DNA of 64,000 bases from Octopus vulgaris (Eukaryota). Each line of letters opens with the position of its first letter. The stretch's first letter is position 1. Both the position numbers and the translations under genes were made by a program. The notes under the pieces are model-generated. The model was not told where the DNA came from and did no database searches. It saw nothing but the letters and a program-made list of their open reading frames with translations. The stretch is from positions 30,814,001 to 30,878,000 of the forward strand of contig OX597836.1 in assembly GCA_951406725.2 (NCBI GenBank). The letters are read 5' to 3'. This document shows positions 40,104-53,432 of this stretch, piece after piece.

Positions 40104-41684
40104 AATCTTCCTCTCTGTTAGTCAAGCTAATAAAAGACCCTGGTTAATGTCATTTGACTTGTTATTAATAGTAGCAAAGTTTCTCTCAAATCACATACTA
40201 CTGTCATAAGGAAAGAAGGACACATTGGATAATGTTATGTTTGAAATGCCATTGATTATAAATCTGTTTGATCAGGGCTGATCAGTGGGATTTGAACTCA
40301 GGAAGCAGAGACTAGCAAACACTGCTCTAATAATGGTTTCAAATTTTGGCACAAGGCCAGCAATTTCGGGGGAGGGGCTAAGTCAATTACATTGACCCCA
40401 GTCTGGTACTTATTTTTGCTACACTGAAAGGATGAAAGGCAAAGCTGACCTTGGCAGAATTTGAACTCAGAACGTAAAGATGGACAAAATGCCGCTAAGC
40501 ATTTTATCCAGTTAGTCAATGATTCTGCCAGCTTGGCACTGTAAACACTGCTCTCATAAAATCCTTTCTGCTGCAAGCAGGAACCCAAAATTTTGTGAGC
40601 AGGGACTAGTTGTTTACATCGACTCCAGTGCTCAACTGGTGCACATTTCATTGACCCCCGAAAAAATAAAATGCAAAGTCAACCTTGGTGGAATTTGAAC
40701 TCAGAACTTGAAGATGGATGAAATGTCATTAAGTCTTTTCACCTAGCTTGCTAACAGCTCTGCCAGCTCACCACCTTAAATTCTGCTCTAATAATAACAA
40801 TAATAATAACAACTTCTAATGTATGTACCTGACTTGAAATTTGTGGGAGGGTAGATGATTATATTGATTCCAGTAGTTGCATAGTATTCTGCTTTATTGA
40901 TCCCAGATGGATGAAAGGAAGGTTGACCTGGATGTAGATTGAACTCAGAATGTAAATGCATGTGACTATATACTGTATTTTCTGTCATTAAGTCAAACTT
41001 TTCAAATCCAATTTATTGGTTCACCACTATACAAGAGCATCATTTTCAGGGTTTTATTTTTAGTTTATCATTATGACTCAAATACTTAACTCAGTTGGGT
41101 GAACAGACTATATTTACCATACCAAGGGACTGGTGTTATAATAAATGTATTCTATTCATTTTGCTAATGGATGACAATAAGAAGTGAAGTTATTCATAAA
41201 TATAGCTTGTCCACTTTGCCAGTGAACCATTCATAAAACCCTAGCCAACGAGGGAGTTTATGTGCTATTGATTGACCTCTTAGAAACAGCAGCCACACCT
41301 TACTTGTATCACATTTTACTGTCTTAAAAAAAGGAAGGATATATTGAACAGTGGAGTTCCTATATTCTATATATATATTGTCAGGAATGTCAGAGTCCTG
41401 AGTAAAATAAAAAATTAAAATAGCATGCCATTAATGAATGTTTTTGAGTGAAAATAGTTTACTGATAATGGTCTTTGAACCATCAATGTTTTGGATTGAG
41501 CATTCCTTACAATTATTGTACTGCAAGTTAGAAATTATACAAAGCACAAAGTCAAAGTAAGCAGACAGTAACACACACACACATACATACACACACATAC
41601 ACGTACATACATACATGCGTACATACACACACATACAAACATACACACATACATACATGCATGCATACATATATACATGTATGA

Positions 41685-41975
41685 GAGTACATGGCTTAGT
41701 GGTCAGGGTGTTGCACTCCTGACCACAACATCATAGTTTCAATTGCTGGACTGGGTGGCATGTTGTGTTCATGAACAAAACACTTCATCTGTGTTGCTCT
41801 TCAATCATTTCAACACCTGATGCATGGTACACAGTACACCTGTTCAGGTAACATCTATTTGATAGCAGGAGTGTGCTAATGTTCAGCATATACATTTCAT
41901 CACTATAAACAAATCATTTATGCAAGTTGTCCAGCAAGAAACTGCTGAACCATCTTCCTTGGTTTACAGGAGACC
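41685..41975 (+). mobile_element. Old tRNA-headed SINE (related fragment at 50115-50350)
   Basis: TGGCTTAGTGG A box; shared CACTATAAACAAATCATT body. Confidence 0.6.
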
Positions 41976-41993
41976 ACTATTATGTCATCTATA

Positions 41994-42550
41994 TTGGGTT
42001 GTCCGGAAAGTTTGTGCCGATTTATAGCAGCTTACCTTTCGACTTATTTTAGAACATGGTTGAGTCCATAGAATAGGATTTGACTACATCTCCATTTAGA
42101 GCACAGTTTAAGCTATCTTTTTGTGGAAGAAGGTTTATGTTCCTATAACCTGTGTTAATTCTGTAACCCTTTAAAATGGAAGATAAGAAAGTTCATTTTC
42201 GGCACTTGATGCTTTGGGAACCAGACAAAAATTGCTGCAGCTTGGCTGGGATGTGTTACCCCACCCTCCATATTCACCAGATATTGCTCCTGCGAATTTC
42301 CACTTATTCAGGTCTTTGCAGAATAGTCTTAATGGTAAAAATTTCAATTCCTTGGATGACCTAAAAAGATACCTTGATGAATTGTTTGCCATGAAAGCAT
42401 CTCAATTCTGGGAACAGGGTATTTTCAAGTTAAAGGAAAGATGGAGACTCATTGTGTAACAAAATGGTTCATATTTGGTTGATTAAAAATGTAATGGCAA
42501 GTATTTATTGACCTTTTTCTTTCCTTTAAAAATTGGCATGAACTTTCCGG
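41994..42550 (+). mobile_element. Internally deleted mariner, second copy
   Basis: Same TIR; HPPYSPDIAP.NFHLF motif; 3' TIR clipped. Confidence 0.92.
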
Positions 42551-42895
42551 TTTACATAACTACCTTTATGTCATATATACACATATATGAAAACCCTCCC
42601 TGTCTGTCTACCAAATCCACTCACAAGTCATTGGTTGGCCCAGGGCTATAGTTGATGATGCTTGCCCAAGGTGACACGCAGTGGGACGAAACCTTCTTAC
42701 CACACTGTCATGCCTGCATCTATGTAGCTTATTAAATGATTCCAGTACTTGATTGGTACTTTGCTAATTCCAGACGGATGATAGGTGGCATTAAAACAGC
42801 AAGATTTGAACTTAGAATATAGATGACTGCAACTAAATATCCTAATACCTTTCATTTGCTGTTGTAATAATTCTATCCATCCACTAACCTCCAAT

Positions 42896-43106
42896 GTGAC
42901 CGCGTGTGTACCGTTGGCGATTTTTTTTTTCCTCTGTCTTCCCTTCTCTGGATCTTTCCTTCTCCTATGTTTCCGACGAAGAGCTCCACTCGAAACGTTA
43001 AACCCTCCTTCTTTCCTTCTTTCCTGAGCGTCCAATAATACTATATTTGTTCCACGTCCTCGCGTTGTTGTGTTTTTTTGTGCTTTCTTGTTTGGATTAA
43101 CTTTAC

Positions 43107-43166
<60 letters not shown>

Positions 43167-43349
43167 GAAAGTTTACGAAAATAAACAAAAGACAAAGACA
43201 GGTGGTGTACAAAACAAACAGATGTATTAGTATAGCACTCAGGAATAGAAAAAGTCTTTTACGTTTCGAGCCTACGCTCTGCTACAGAAAGGTACACAGA
43301 AAAAAACAAGGAGAGAAAAAAAATGTGTGTAGTGGCTAACGATCTATCA

Positions 43350-43350
<1 letters not shown>
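42896..43350. mobile_element. Two related Penelope-like 3' fragments tail-to-tail around (TA)n
   Basis: Each carries GAG-loop-CTC GAAACGT hammerhead-like core (42973-43000 plus; 43287-43260 minus). Confidence 0.55.
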
Positions 43351-43387
<37 letters not shown>

Positions 43388-43918
43388 GAGAGAGAGAGAG
43401 AGAGAGAGTAATAACTGCAAGACACTCTGTCTCTGTGTGTCTATCTATCCATCTACCTGTCTCTCTCACTATCTCTCTATCTGTCTATTCATCTCTTCAA
43501 TAGAGTTTTAAGTATAGCTATAACTCTTCTGGGAAGCTATTTTAAGTGACCCATCCTACCAAGCCTAGATGTCATGGAGACATCTCAGTTGTTTCCGACT
43601 TTTATTCATTGGTTTCAACACGTGCTGTTTTGATTTGGTTTTGTTGTTAAATTTTTAACAACCTTCAGAAAATATTTGTCACTTCACAGCTGCAGTTAGG
43701 ATTGTGTTGTCAAAAGTTTGCTTCTCAACCACATGTTTCTGGGTTCAGTCCCACTGCATGGCTACCTTGGGCAAGTGTCTTCTTTTATAGCTTTGGCCCA
43801 ACCAAGGCCTTCTGAGTAGATTTGGTTGACTGAAATTCTGTGTGTGTATAGAGTCTGCCAAAAAATGCATACACACTTCAGGAAAGGAAAAAAATCTGTA
43901 TAAATATTAGGTTGAGGA

Positions 43919-44308
43919 GGCTGTGTGGCAAGTAGCTTGCTTACCAACCACATGGTTCCGGGTTCATTCCCACTGCGTGGCACCTTGGGCAAGTGTCTTC
44001 TACTATAGCCTCGGGCCGACCAAAACCTTGTGAGTGGATTTGGTAGATGGAAACTGAAAGAAGCCTATCATATATATGTGTATGTATGTATGTGCATGTG
44101 TATGTGTTTGTGTTTCTGTGTTTGTCTCCCCAACATCGCTTGACAACCGATGCTGGTGTGTTTACGTACCCGTAACTTAGCGGTTCGGCATATGAGACCG
44201 ATAGAATAAGTACTAGGCTTCCAAAGAATAAGTCCTGGGGTCGATTTGCTGACTAAAGGCGGTGCTCCAGCATGGCCGCAATCAAATGACTGAAACAAGT
44301 AAAAGAGT
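43919..44308 (+). mobile_element. SINE family A inserted in a mariner 5' TIR
   Basis: Consensus match; interrupts TTAGGTTGAGGA. Confidence 0.88.
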
Positions 44309-44606
44309 GTATTAAAATAATGCTGTTTATATATTTTATATATTTTTGTTGTGTGTGTGTTCATTCAGCAAGCATTGGGTCCCAAAAGGTCAAACTCCCT
44401 AATGCATTCCTAAACAAAATCAGTTTGGAAAGAAGATCATGATTTCTGTTTGGTGGAACTTTGTAGGAATCTTGCATTTTGAACTTGTGCTGAATGGTCG
44501 CGCCATCAATGCCGAACTTCACTGCGAGCAACTTGATTAAGTCTACGATGCACCGGTTGGAAAGTACCCTAAACCTGTTTGTCGAAAATGCACTTTGTTG
44601 CAACAA

Positions 44607-44992
44607 GTGGCTGTGTGGTAAGTAGCTTGGTTCCGGGTTCAGTCCCACTGCATGGCATCTTGGGCAAGTGTCTTCTGCTATAGCCTCGGGCCGACCAATG
44701 CCTTGTGAGTGGATTTGGTAGATGGAAACTGAAAGAAGCCTGTCGTATATATGTATATATATGTGTATGTATGTGTGTGTGTTTGTGTGTCTGTGTTTGT
44801 CCCCCCACCATCGCTTGACAACCGATGCTGGTGTGTTTACGTCCCCGTCACTTAGCAGTTCGGCAAAAAGAGACCGATAGAATAAGTACTGGGCTTACAA
44901 AGAATAAGTCCCGGGATCGATTTGCTCGACTAAAGGTGGTGCTCCAGCATGGCTGCAGTCAAATGACTGAAACAAGTAAAAGAGTAAAGAGT
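44607..44992 (+). mobile_element. SINE family A inserted in a mariner transposase relic
   Basis: Consensus match; splits LLQQ from HTARKT. Confidence 0.88.
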
Positions 44993-45269
44993 ATACTGCC
45001 AGAAAGACCAGCAACAAGATTGAAGAATTGTATGGTGTGGAAGTCCTGCCACATCCAGCTTATAGTCCAGACATTGCTCCATCTGACTACAGTCTCTTCT
45101 GATCAATGCAGCACTTTATGAAAGGGCACCAATTTGAGTCATTTAATGAAGTTGAAGAAACCTGTCAATAATTTTCCAATTCAAAGCTGAAGGATTGGTA
45201 CTTTGACCAAATTTGAAAGCTTGCAGATCGTTGACAGAAGGTCGTAGAAAATGATGGTCTTTATTTTAA

Positions 45270-45490
45270 CCCTTTAGCGTTTAAACCAGCCATATCCGGC
45301 CAGAAGTACTCTGCCTGTTCTATGTTCAAACTGGCCAGATCTGGTCTCTCACACCAACCCTACAATATCATTTTAAAAATTAACAGCTACCTCATCAAAA
45401 TCTCATAGCTACAAGATAATGCAGGATTAGTTCAAAACAATGTGGATGAAAAAGGATTAATTTTGGCAGAATAATGTGAACACTAAAGGG
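45270..45490. mobile_element. TTAA-flanked MITE (piggyBac-like ends)
   Basis: TTAA|CCCTTTAG...CTAAAGGG|TTAA; removal restores the mariner frame YFKE*. Confidence 0.85.
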
Positions 45491-45915
45491 TTAAAGAATA
45501 GTTGTTTGTTGTTTTTGACACGGTGCATAAACTTTTTCCTCAACCTAGTATTTAATTTGTACAAGTACTTCTATTAATATAGACACCTCTTCAATGTTTT
45601 ATCAAATCAAGATAACCCTGAATACATTGCGATAACACTGAATTAAAATATTTATACAGAGTTTTTCCTTTCTTGAAGTGTATATAAATGTTTTATGTGA
45701 ACTCTGTATGTGTGTGTGTGTGTGTGATTTTTTTTATCTTTTACTTGTTTCAGTCACTAAACTGCAGCCATGCTGGAGCACCTCCTTAAGTAATTTTTAG
45801 TCAAACTGATCAACCCTTGTACTTATCTTCTTTTTATTTATTCAATCAGTCTTTTTTTCACACCAACTCTGATTGTCAAACGGTGGTGGGGGACAAACAA
45901 AAACATACACACATG

Positions 45916-45950
<35 letters not shown>

Positions 45951-46517
45951 CTGCACCTGTGTGTGCCTCTGTGTGCGTGTGGGGGAGAGGGGGTTGTGTC
46001 TTCTTGTCTTGACATTGTGTGATAACTGTAAATGAGTTTCACAGTTATATAAGCAGTGTCATTTATTTTCTAATCTGTTTTGAAAACATGTCTGGCCATG
46101 GAGGAAATATTACTTTGCTTGGAAACAGGTGAGGTTTGGCGACAGAAAGAGCAACTGGCTGTTGAAAATCTTCATCAAGTAAACTCTGAGGTATGTAAAA
46201 ACAGGAAAGTTAAATGATGATGATAATACATGGATCCAGTACGGGAGCCTAGGTCTATTATCCAAACAATATATTCCAGTAAATGAGGAAGCTGCTACAT
46301 GGTTGTCTTTTCTGTTAGATATAGCTGCTGAATCCCTCAAAGTCAAAACCATTCTGTCATAGAAAAGGAAGGACCAATAACCTATCTAAAATAAAAACAA
46401 TTTTTATAAGTGAAGCATGGTGGGTGGGGCTAGAGAGATCATAGGTCTATTGGACCGGGACTGATCTAGGGCAAAACAATAGCTATAATTACTACTAATA
46501 TCCACTAATTCATTTAA

Positions 46518-46736
46518 CCCTTTAGTGTTCAGATTATTCTATCAAACATAATGCTTATTGATTCCCATTGATTTGAATTAATCATGCATTATCTCATATC
46601 TTCAAGATCTTGATGGTGTAATTACTTAATGTAGAATAACATTGTAGGGTAGGTGTGAGAGCCTGGATCTGGTCAGTTTGAACATAAAACAGATTAGCTA
46701 TTTTGGCCGGATATGGCCGGTTTAAATACTAAAGGG
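46518..46736. mobile_element. TTAA-flanked MITE, inverted relative to the 45270 copy
   Basis: TTAA|CCCTTTAG...CTAAAGGG|TTAA. Confidence 0.85.
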
Positions 46737-47672
46737 TTAATGCAGTCATTAATATTTGTGTCACAATTAATCAAATCATATTTGGTGACATCAAAGAAGT
46801 TCGGTGAACCAATGAGAGATCCTGTATGTGGATGTTCATCTCTGTTAGTAGAAACTCAGTACAGCATGAGTGGATAGCTGAAGAGATCTTCAGAGGAAGA
46901 ACTCCCTTCAAACAAGTGTTTTGGTCTGTTATTTCCTAACACTGTAAGGGAGTCGGGGGCCACCTAGGTTATGACTCTTGGGTGCCTTCCTGTTGTTTTT
47001 TGAAACGTGGGGATTGAACTTTGAGCTTATTTCTTGGCCACGCAAACGACCGCATGGACTTGCAATGTCTGAGTCACAACATTTCCTTGTTAAAGACAGA
47101 AAAATGACATTAGACTCTGCAGTCCGAGATATATGAAAAGATGGGATTGCCGTTAATCATAGCTGATTATGTTTGATCTTTGTCAAGTATTGAGTGATAA
47201 GAATTTATAGAGCTTCTGATTAGTTCTCATTGTAACATTGGACCTAACTTTAACCAACGCCCACCTAAGCATTTCACGTTTTCATTTGTATGGTAGTATA
47301 CCTCTTCCCAAAATAGTGTGACATGAAACTGTTACCCAACAGATATGATATTCACTGTATCTCAGCACAAAGATGTTGAGGACAAATACTTGATCCCTGC
47401 CTCTCCTAATGATTAACATCTGACTTAGATTTTTTACATTGACTTTATATATACGATTTTAGGTTTCTGATACAGCATACCTACAGCATTTCTGTATCAA
47501 TTATCCTGTAGTTATAAGCTACAATATTAATTGTTTAATTCGTTCAGAAGACATAAATACTGATAGAAGTATAATTGCACAAACAACCTTTATCCTACTT
47601 ACTTCCTGTAAGCTTTTCAATGACACATTTCTCTGTTTAATTTTTCTTTATCTATACAAAACTAAAAGTCCG

Positions 47673-48232
47673 TGATTGCTTGCTTGCATGCTTGTCTGTA
47701 ACTTAATGTAGCCAAAATGGTGGTGCACAATGGGAAAATACTCTGAAAGTAAGTTAACCCTGAAATGTGAATACAAACAGAAAAAACAAGTTTCACATAA
47801 ATCAGACCACAGATTCCTGAGATACGCGGTTTTTTTGGGGTTTGTTTTCATAAATTTAAGCTGTGAAACCTGGAGTTATTGCTCTTTACTGTGAACACCT
47901 GGATAGTTTTGTTTGCATGCTTGCTTGTCTATAATTTAATACAGCCAAACTGGTGCGTAATGGGAAGATACTCTGAAAATAAGGGGCCCCTGAAATAGCA
48001 ATACAAATGGAATAAGACAAGTTTCACATAAATAGGACCACAGGTTCTTGAGATTCACATTTTTTCAGGTACCTTTATGATTGCCTGCTTGCGTTTATGC
48101 TTGTCTGTAATTTAATACAGCTAAACTGGTACATAATTGTAAAATGCTTTGAAAGTGAGGTACCATTAAAATGTGAACACAAATGGAATAAAACAAATTT
48201 CATGTAATTTGGACCATGCGTTTCCGAGATAC
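47673..48232. repeat. Three diverged ~155 bp tandem units
   Basis: ATGCTTGTCTRTAA...GACCAC...GAGAT repeated at about 47673, 47910 and 48079. Confidence 0.8.
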
Positions 48233-48744
48233 CTTGAACTATTGGTGACCCAATGGGTCAAGGGTAGTTTCGTACTATGTCAAATTATACATCATACACT
48301 TCTTTAAAGCATTTAAATTTACTTTGTGGTGCAATCTCAATATATTTGTAGTATGAATCTCTATCTGTACTTCTCTTTTTGGTGCACTGGAGATTAAGCA
48401 AAAATTTGCTGGTGCAGCCTACTATGGAAACTTCAATTTAAACTGCTTTGAAGCTAAATATTTAGAAAAAAATATATGTACAGAATTCTTTTTTGGAATT
48501 TGATCTCAAAGCAGACACAAAGCTATTAATAATAGCATGTAAATATTGCACTGGAAAACCTTTTTGGAGAGAAAAAGTCGAAGGCTGCCCATGGGACACA
48601 AACCTACAACTTTTTTCAACATGTTGCTATTATTTGTAGCCTTCAGTTTTTTTGTAGCTTTCAATGCTTTGTAGCCTTCAATTTTATATCCAAGAGGGAT
48701 TTTCAACCCAATATTTGCTTGCTATTATTTATATCTTTATGTAA

Positions 48745-49205
48745 AGGTGTCAAGCTAGCAGAATTGTTACTGCACTAGGCAAAATAATCAGCAGCATATC
48801 GTCTGTCTTTACGTTCTGAGTTCAAATTCTGCTGAGGTTGACTTTGCCTTTCATCCTTTTGAGTTCGATAATATAAATACCTATTTCTTTACTACCCACA
48901 AGGGGCTAAACACAGAGAGGACAAACAAGGACAGACAAACGGATTAAGTCGATTATATCAACCCCAGTGCGTAACTGGTACTTATTTAATCGACCCTGAA
49001 AGGATGAAAGGCAGAGTCGACCTCGGCGGAATTTGAACTCAGAATGTAGCGGCAGACGAAATACGGCTATGCATTTCGCCCGGCGTGCTAATGTTTCTGC
49101 CAGCTTGCCGCCTTTGATAATATAAACACCAGTTGAACACTGAGGTGGATGTATTGACTTACGCCCTTCTCCCCAAATTGCTAGCCTTGTGCCAAAATTT
49201 AAAAA
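48745..49205. mobile_element. Young SINE B (minus, ~48881-49113) nested in an older SINE B-like copy (plus)
   Basis: TSD GATAATATAAA(T/C)ACC at 48867 and 49116; host resumes afterwards. Confidence 0.85.
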
Positions 49206-49552
49206 CGATTCATAGATTTATGTGTGCTTCAAGATCCGGTTCAAAAACAGAATTGCTTCACCTTCTCTCAACAATTTATGAATTCTTTTGATGTCAACAA
49301 TATACAAAATTATCACTTGCTTTGTTTTATTAGTCATACTTATATACTTACAGTATTATGAATAACTTGTCTTTCAAGAGGCTTAAGTATTAGTCTAGTT
49401 TTTCAAAACCTACAATACACTTACATATCCTTAGTGGTGCAGCCGGGTACAAAACTGTACCCTTTCACAAACACAACTTCTATATATTTAACATGTTATG
49501 TCTATTAATGCGTTATTTGGTTTCTATTTCAAAAGTAATATTATATAATATA

Positions 49553-49868
49553 TAGGTGCATGTGTGACTGTATGGTAAGAGGTTTCCTTCTCAACAACAT
49601 GATTCTGGGTTCAGTCCCATTGCGTGGAACCTTGGGCAAGTGTCTTCTACTAAAGCCTTGGGCCAACCAAAGTCTTGTGAGTGAATTTGGTAGATGTAAA
49701 CTGAAAGAAGCCTGTCAGCATGACCATGTGGTAAGAAGCTTGCTTCCTAACCACATGGTTCTGGGTTCAGTCCCACTGCATAGCTCCTTGGGCAAGTGTC
49801 TTCTACTATAGCCTTGGGCCAACTAAAGCCTTGCAAGTGGATTTGGTAGATGGAAACTGAAAGAAGCC

Positions 49869-49914
<46 letters not shown>

Positions 49915-50765
49915 GTTTATGTGTGTGTCTTTGTGTCTGTGTTTGTCCCCCTGACCATAGCTTGACAACCAATGCCGGTGTGTTTATGTCACCGTAACTT
50001 AGCACTTCGGCAAAAGAGACCAATAGCATAAGTACCAGGCTTACAAAGAATAAGTCCTGGGGTTGATTTATTCGACTAAAAGACAGTGCTCCAGCATGGA
50101 TACTGTCTAATCGCCTTGTGTTTTGTTCCTGAGCAAAGCACTTCATTTTGTGTTGCTCTGTGATCATTTCGACATCTGATATGTGGCACCCGTTGCACAC
50201 CTGTTGCACACCTGTACAGGTAATGTCGATCTGATGGAAGTAATGAGCTTATGTCTACACAAACATTTGATCACTATAAACAAATCATTTGGTTGTTCGG
50301 TAAGAAATTGTTGAAACCTCATACATCACCTGACGATGGGAGAATCCATCATATATTGGCTGTGTGGTAAGTAGCTTGCTAACCAACCACATGGTTCCAG
50401 GTTCAGTCCCACTGCATGGCATCTTGGGCAAGTGTCTTCTGCTATAGCCCCGGGCTGACCAATGCCTTGTGAGTGGATTTGGTAGATGGAAACTGAAAGA
50501 AGCCTGTCGTATATATGTATATATATATATGTGTGTGTGTATGTGTTTGTGTGTCTGTGTTTGTCCCCCTAGCATTGCTTGACAACCGATGCTGGTGTGT
50601 TTACGTTCCCGTCACTTAGCGGTTCGGCAAAAGAGACCGATAGAAAAGTTACTAGACTTACAAAGAATAAGTCCCGGGGTCGATTTGCTCAACTAAAGGC
50701 AGTGCTCCAGCATGGCCGCAGTCAAATGACTGAAATAAGTAAAAGAGAGAAAAGAGAGAAAGAGA
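49553..50765 (+). mobile_element. Cluster of SINE family A copies (49553-49715 head, 49725-50098, 50358-50765) with another SINE fragment between
   Basis: Repeated A heads and tails; 50115-50350 resembles 41760-41975. Confidence 0.82.
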
Positions 50766-51735
50766 TATATATGTCATGTGATCATGCGATTGATCAAACT
50801 ACTGTATGTTGTTATACATCTCTGGTCACAATGCACTTTGCATCGTTTTAGCTTTTGAATGAAGCTACCCTGCTAGCTAGGTGATCAGGCCAATATTTAT
50901 ATGTGTGTGTTTGTCTTTTTGTGTGTTTACTGTCTTGTATTTGTCTCCTATTGCAATTTGACAACCAATATTGGTTTGTTTACATCCCTGTAATATAGTG
51001 GTATGACAGAAGAGACCAATAGAATAAGTACCAGCTTTAAAAACAAATACAAAAAAAAAATTAAGTTCTGGAATCAAGTTGTTTGACTGAATCCTTCAAG
51101 GTGGTGCCCCAGCATGGCTGTAGTCAAAGGACTTAAAAATGTAAATGATGATAAATAAAAGATCATGTTTATATACAACAATGAGTAAAATATTGCCATT
51201 GATATCACAATGGCTTATAAAAAGCACTTGAAGAACAAGATCTGGTATTCCATGAATTTAAACATGCCAGGAAGTAAACGTACTGAATTGAGTAGGCTGG
51301 GAAAAGATTTTCAGTTATTTTTTCGTAGAATTTATTGTTATTATTATTTTTTTTTCCAAATAACCACATGCACTATATATTTTTCTTCCCTTCTGCTTTA
51401 TTATTATTATTCTTATTTTAGTGCCCTTTGTCTGGAAATCTTTTGTCACACATCTTGTGACCTCATCAGCGACTCTCCATACTGTTTAGTCCATTAGGTT
51501 GGGTGAAAGATTTCAGACAAAGGACATCAAATAAAAATAATAATATGTTTTACTAATTTTTAAGAAATTAGTAATAGTAACTTAAATTCTGTTTTCTTGG
51601 GGCTGACTCATATTATTTTCCTCCATTACCTGGTTATCTGCTTGTCTCCCAACCAAATAGTGCCTCCAGACTGACTGAAGGAAGCCTTTTGGGTGGATTT
51701 GGCAGATGAAAACTGAAAGAAGTCTGTCATATACA

Positions 51736-51768
<33 letters not shown>

Positions 51769-51770
51769 GT

Positions 51771-51942
51771 AGGTGCAGGAGTGACTGTGTGGTAAGTAGC
51801 TTGCTTACCAATCACATGGTTCCGGGTTCAGTCCCACTGCATGGCACCTTGGGCAAGTGTCTTCTACTATAGCCTCGGGCCGACCAAAGCCTTGTGAGTG
51901 GATTTGGTAGACGGAAACTGAAAGAAGGCCGTCATATATAAG

Positions 51943-51985
<43 letters not shown>

Positions 51986-52190
51986 TTGTGTGTGTGTGTT
52001 TGTGTGTCTGTGTTTGTCCCCCCAACATTGCTTGACAACTGGTGCTGGTGTGTTTACGTCCCCATAACTTAGCGGTTCAGCAAAAGAGACCGATAGAATA
52101 AGTACTAGGCTTACAAAGAATAAATCCTGGGTGCTCCAGTATGACTGCAGTCAAATGACTGAAACAAGTAAAAGAGTAAAGAGTAAAAGA

Positions 52191-52191
<1 letters not shown>
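51771..52191 (+). mobile_element. SINE family A
   Basis: Consensus match with a small 3' deletion. Confidence 0.88.
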
Positions 52192-52234
<43 letters not shown>

Positions 52235-52708
52235 TAGCAGAAATACCCAGCGTTATTCAGGATTAAAATGGCATAGTTTGTATATATATTACAGGTATGT
52301 TGAAATAGGTGATATGGGGAAAGTGAAGCATTGACAACAAAAACATTTGTGGAGTAAATAATGGGATAATTTGACAAAATGACATGTCATGTGTCCATTT
52401 GGAGTAAATCCAGGCCCTAACCTATCATGGAAAATTGGAATGGGAGGTGGGTAAGTGATTTTTGAATGCACTGAAAAGATGTCAATGGATATACTCTCCT
52501 TTGCAGTGGTTGGTTGTATGGTTCACAGTCGAATGAATGTAGGTGTAATGTAAATGGGTACATTCTGCAAATGAGCTACAACGGGAGACAGCAATGGGGA
52601 AGTGAACTGTTGAAATGCTGGAGAAGGTGGCGGTAGAATAAGAAACATAAAGTGAACCACAGACACATGCACATTCATATACAAAATGTGGCAACACTCA
52701 TAGATATA

Positions 52709-52938
52709 TATTTCTTTACTACCCACAAGGTGCTAAACACAGAGAGGACAAACAAGGACAGACAAAGGGATTAAGTCGATTACATCGACCCCAGTACGCA
52801 ACTGGTACTTAATTTATCGACCCCGAAAGGATGAAAGGCAAAGTCGACCTCGGCGGAATTTGAACTCAGAATGTAACGGCAGACGAAATACGGCCACGCA
52901 TTTCACCCGGCGTGCTAACGTTTCTGCCAGCTCGCCGC
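52709..52938 (-). mobile_element. SINE family B with 12 bp TSD
   Basis: CTCATAGATATA at 52697-52708 and 52939-52950. Confidence 0.88.
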
Positions 52939-53331
52939 CTCATAGATATAGTAAAACAAACTCACACAGATATACATAGCATTTCACTTCATGTTTTTTT
53001 CCTTTATTGCATGTATATAAGTGTGTAGATGTGTGTTTTAATCCAAATGAAAAAAAAAAAAATTATCATACATGCACACACATACACTCTCACATACAGT
53101 CATATACATATAATAAGAGAGACACATACACAGATATACATTCATGCATGTCAGTTGTCACATATGTATGTGTAGATGTGTGTGTGTTTAATAATGTACA
53201 TAACGTGGAAACATACACACACACTCACAGACACATACACCCTTGCAAACACACTCATATAAAATGTCCTGTACTATAATTGACTATAGAAAGATTATCT
53301 GTATGATAATCCACATAGCCATGCCTGCGCC

Positions 53332-53373
<42 letters not shown>

Positions 53374-53432
53374 CCACACACACACACCTATATAAAACAA
53401 TATATATATGAAATAGTTTGAAAACTATGTAT

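Larger units (their letters stand above)
43907..45548 (+). mobile_element. Mariner relic carrying three later insertions
   Basis: TIRs TTAGGTTGAGGA / TCCTCAACCTAG with TA; KIMISVWW..GILHFEL, HPAYSPDIAPSDY, VVENDGLYF. Confidence 0.88.
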
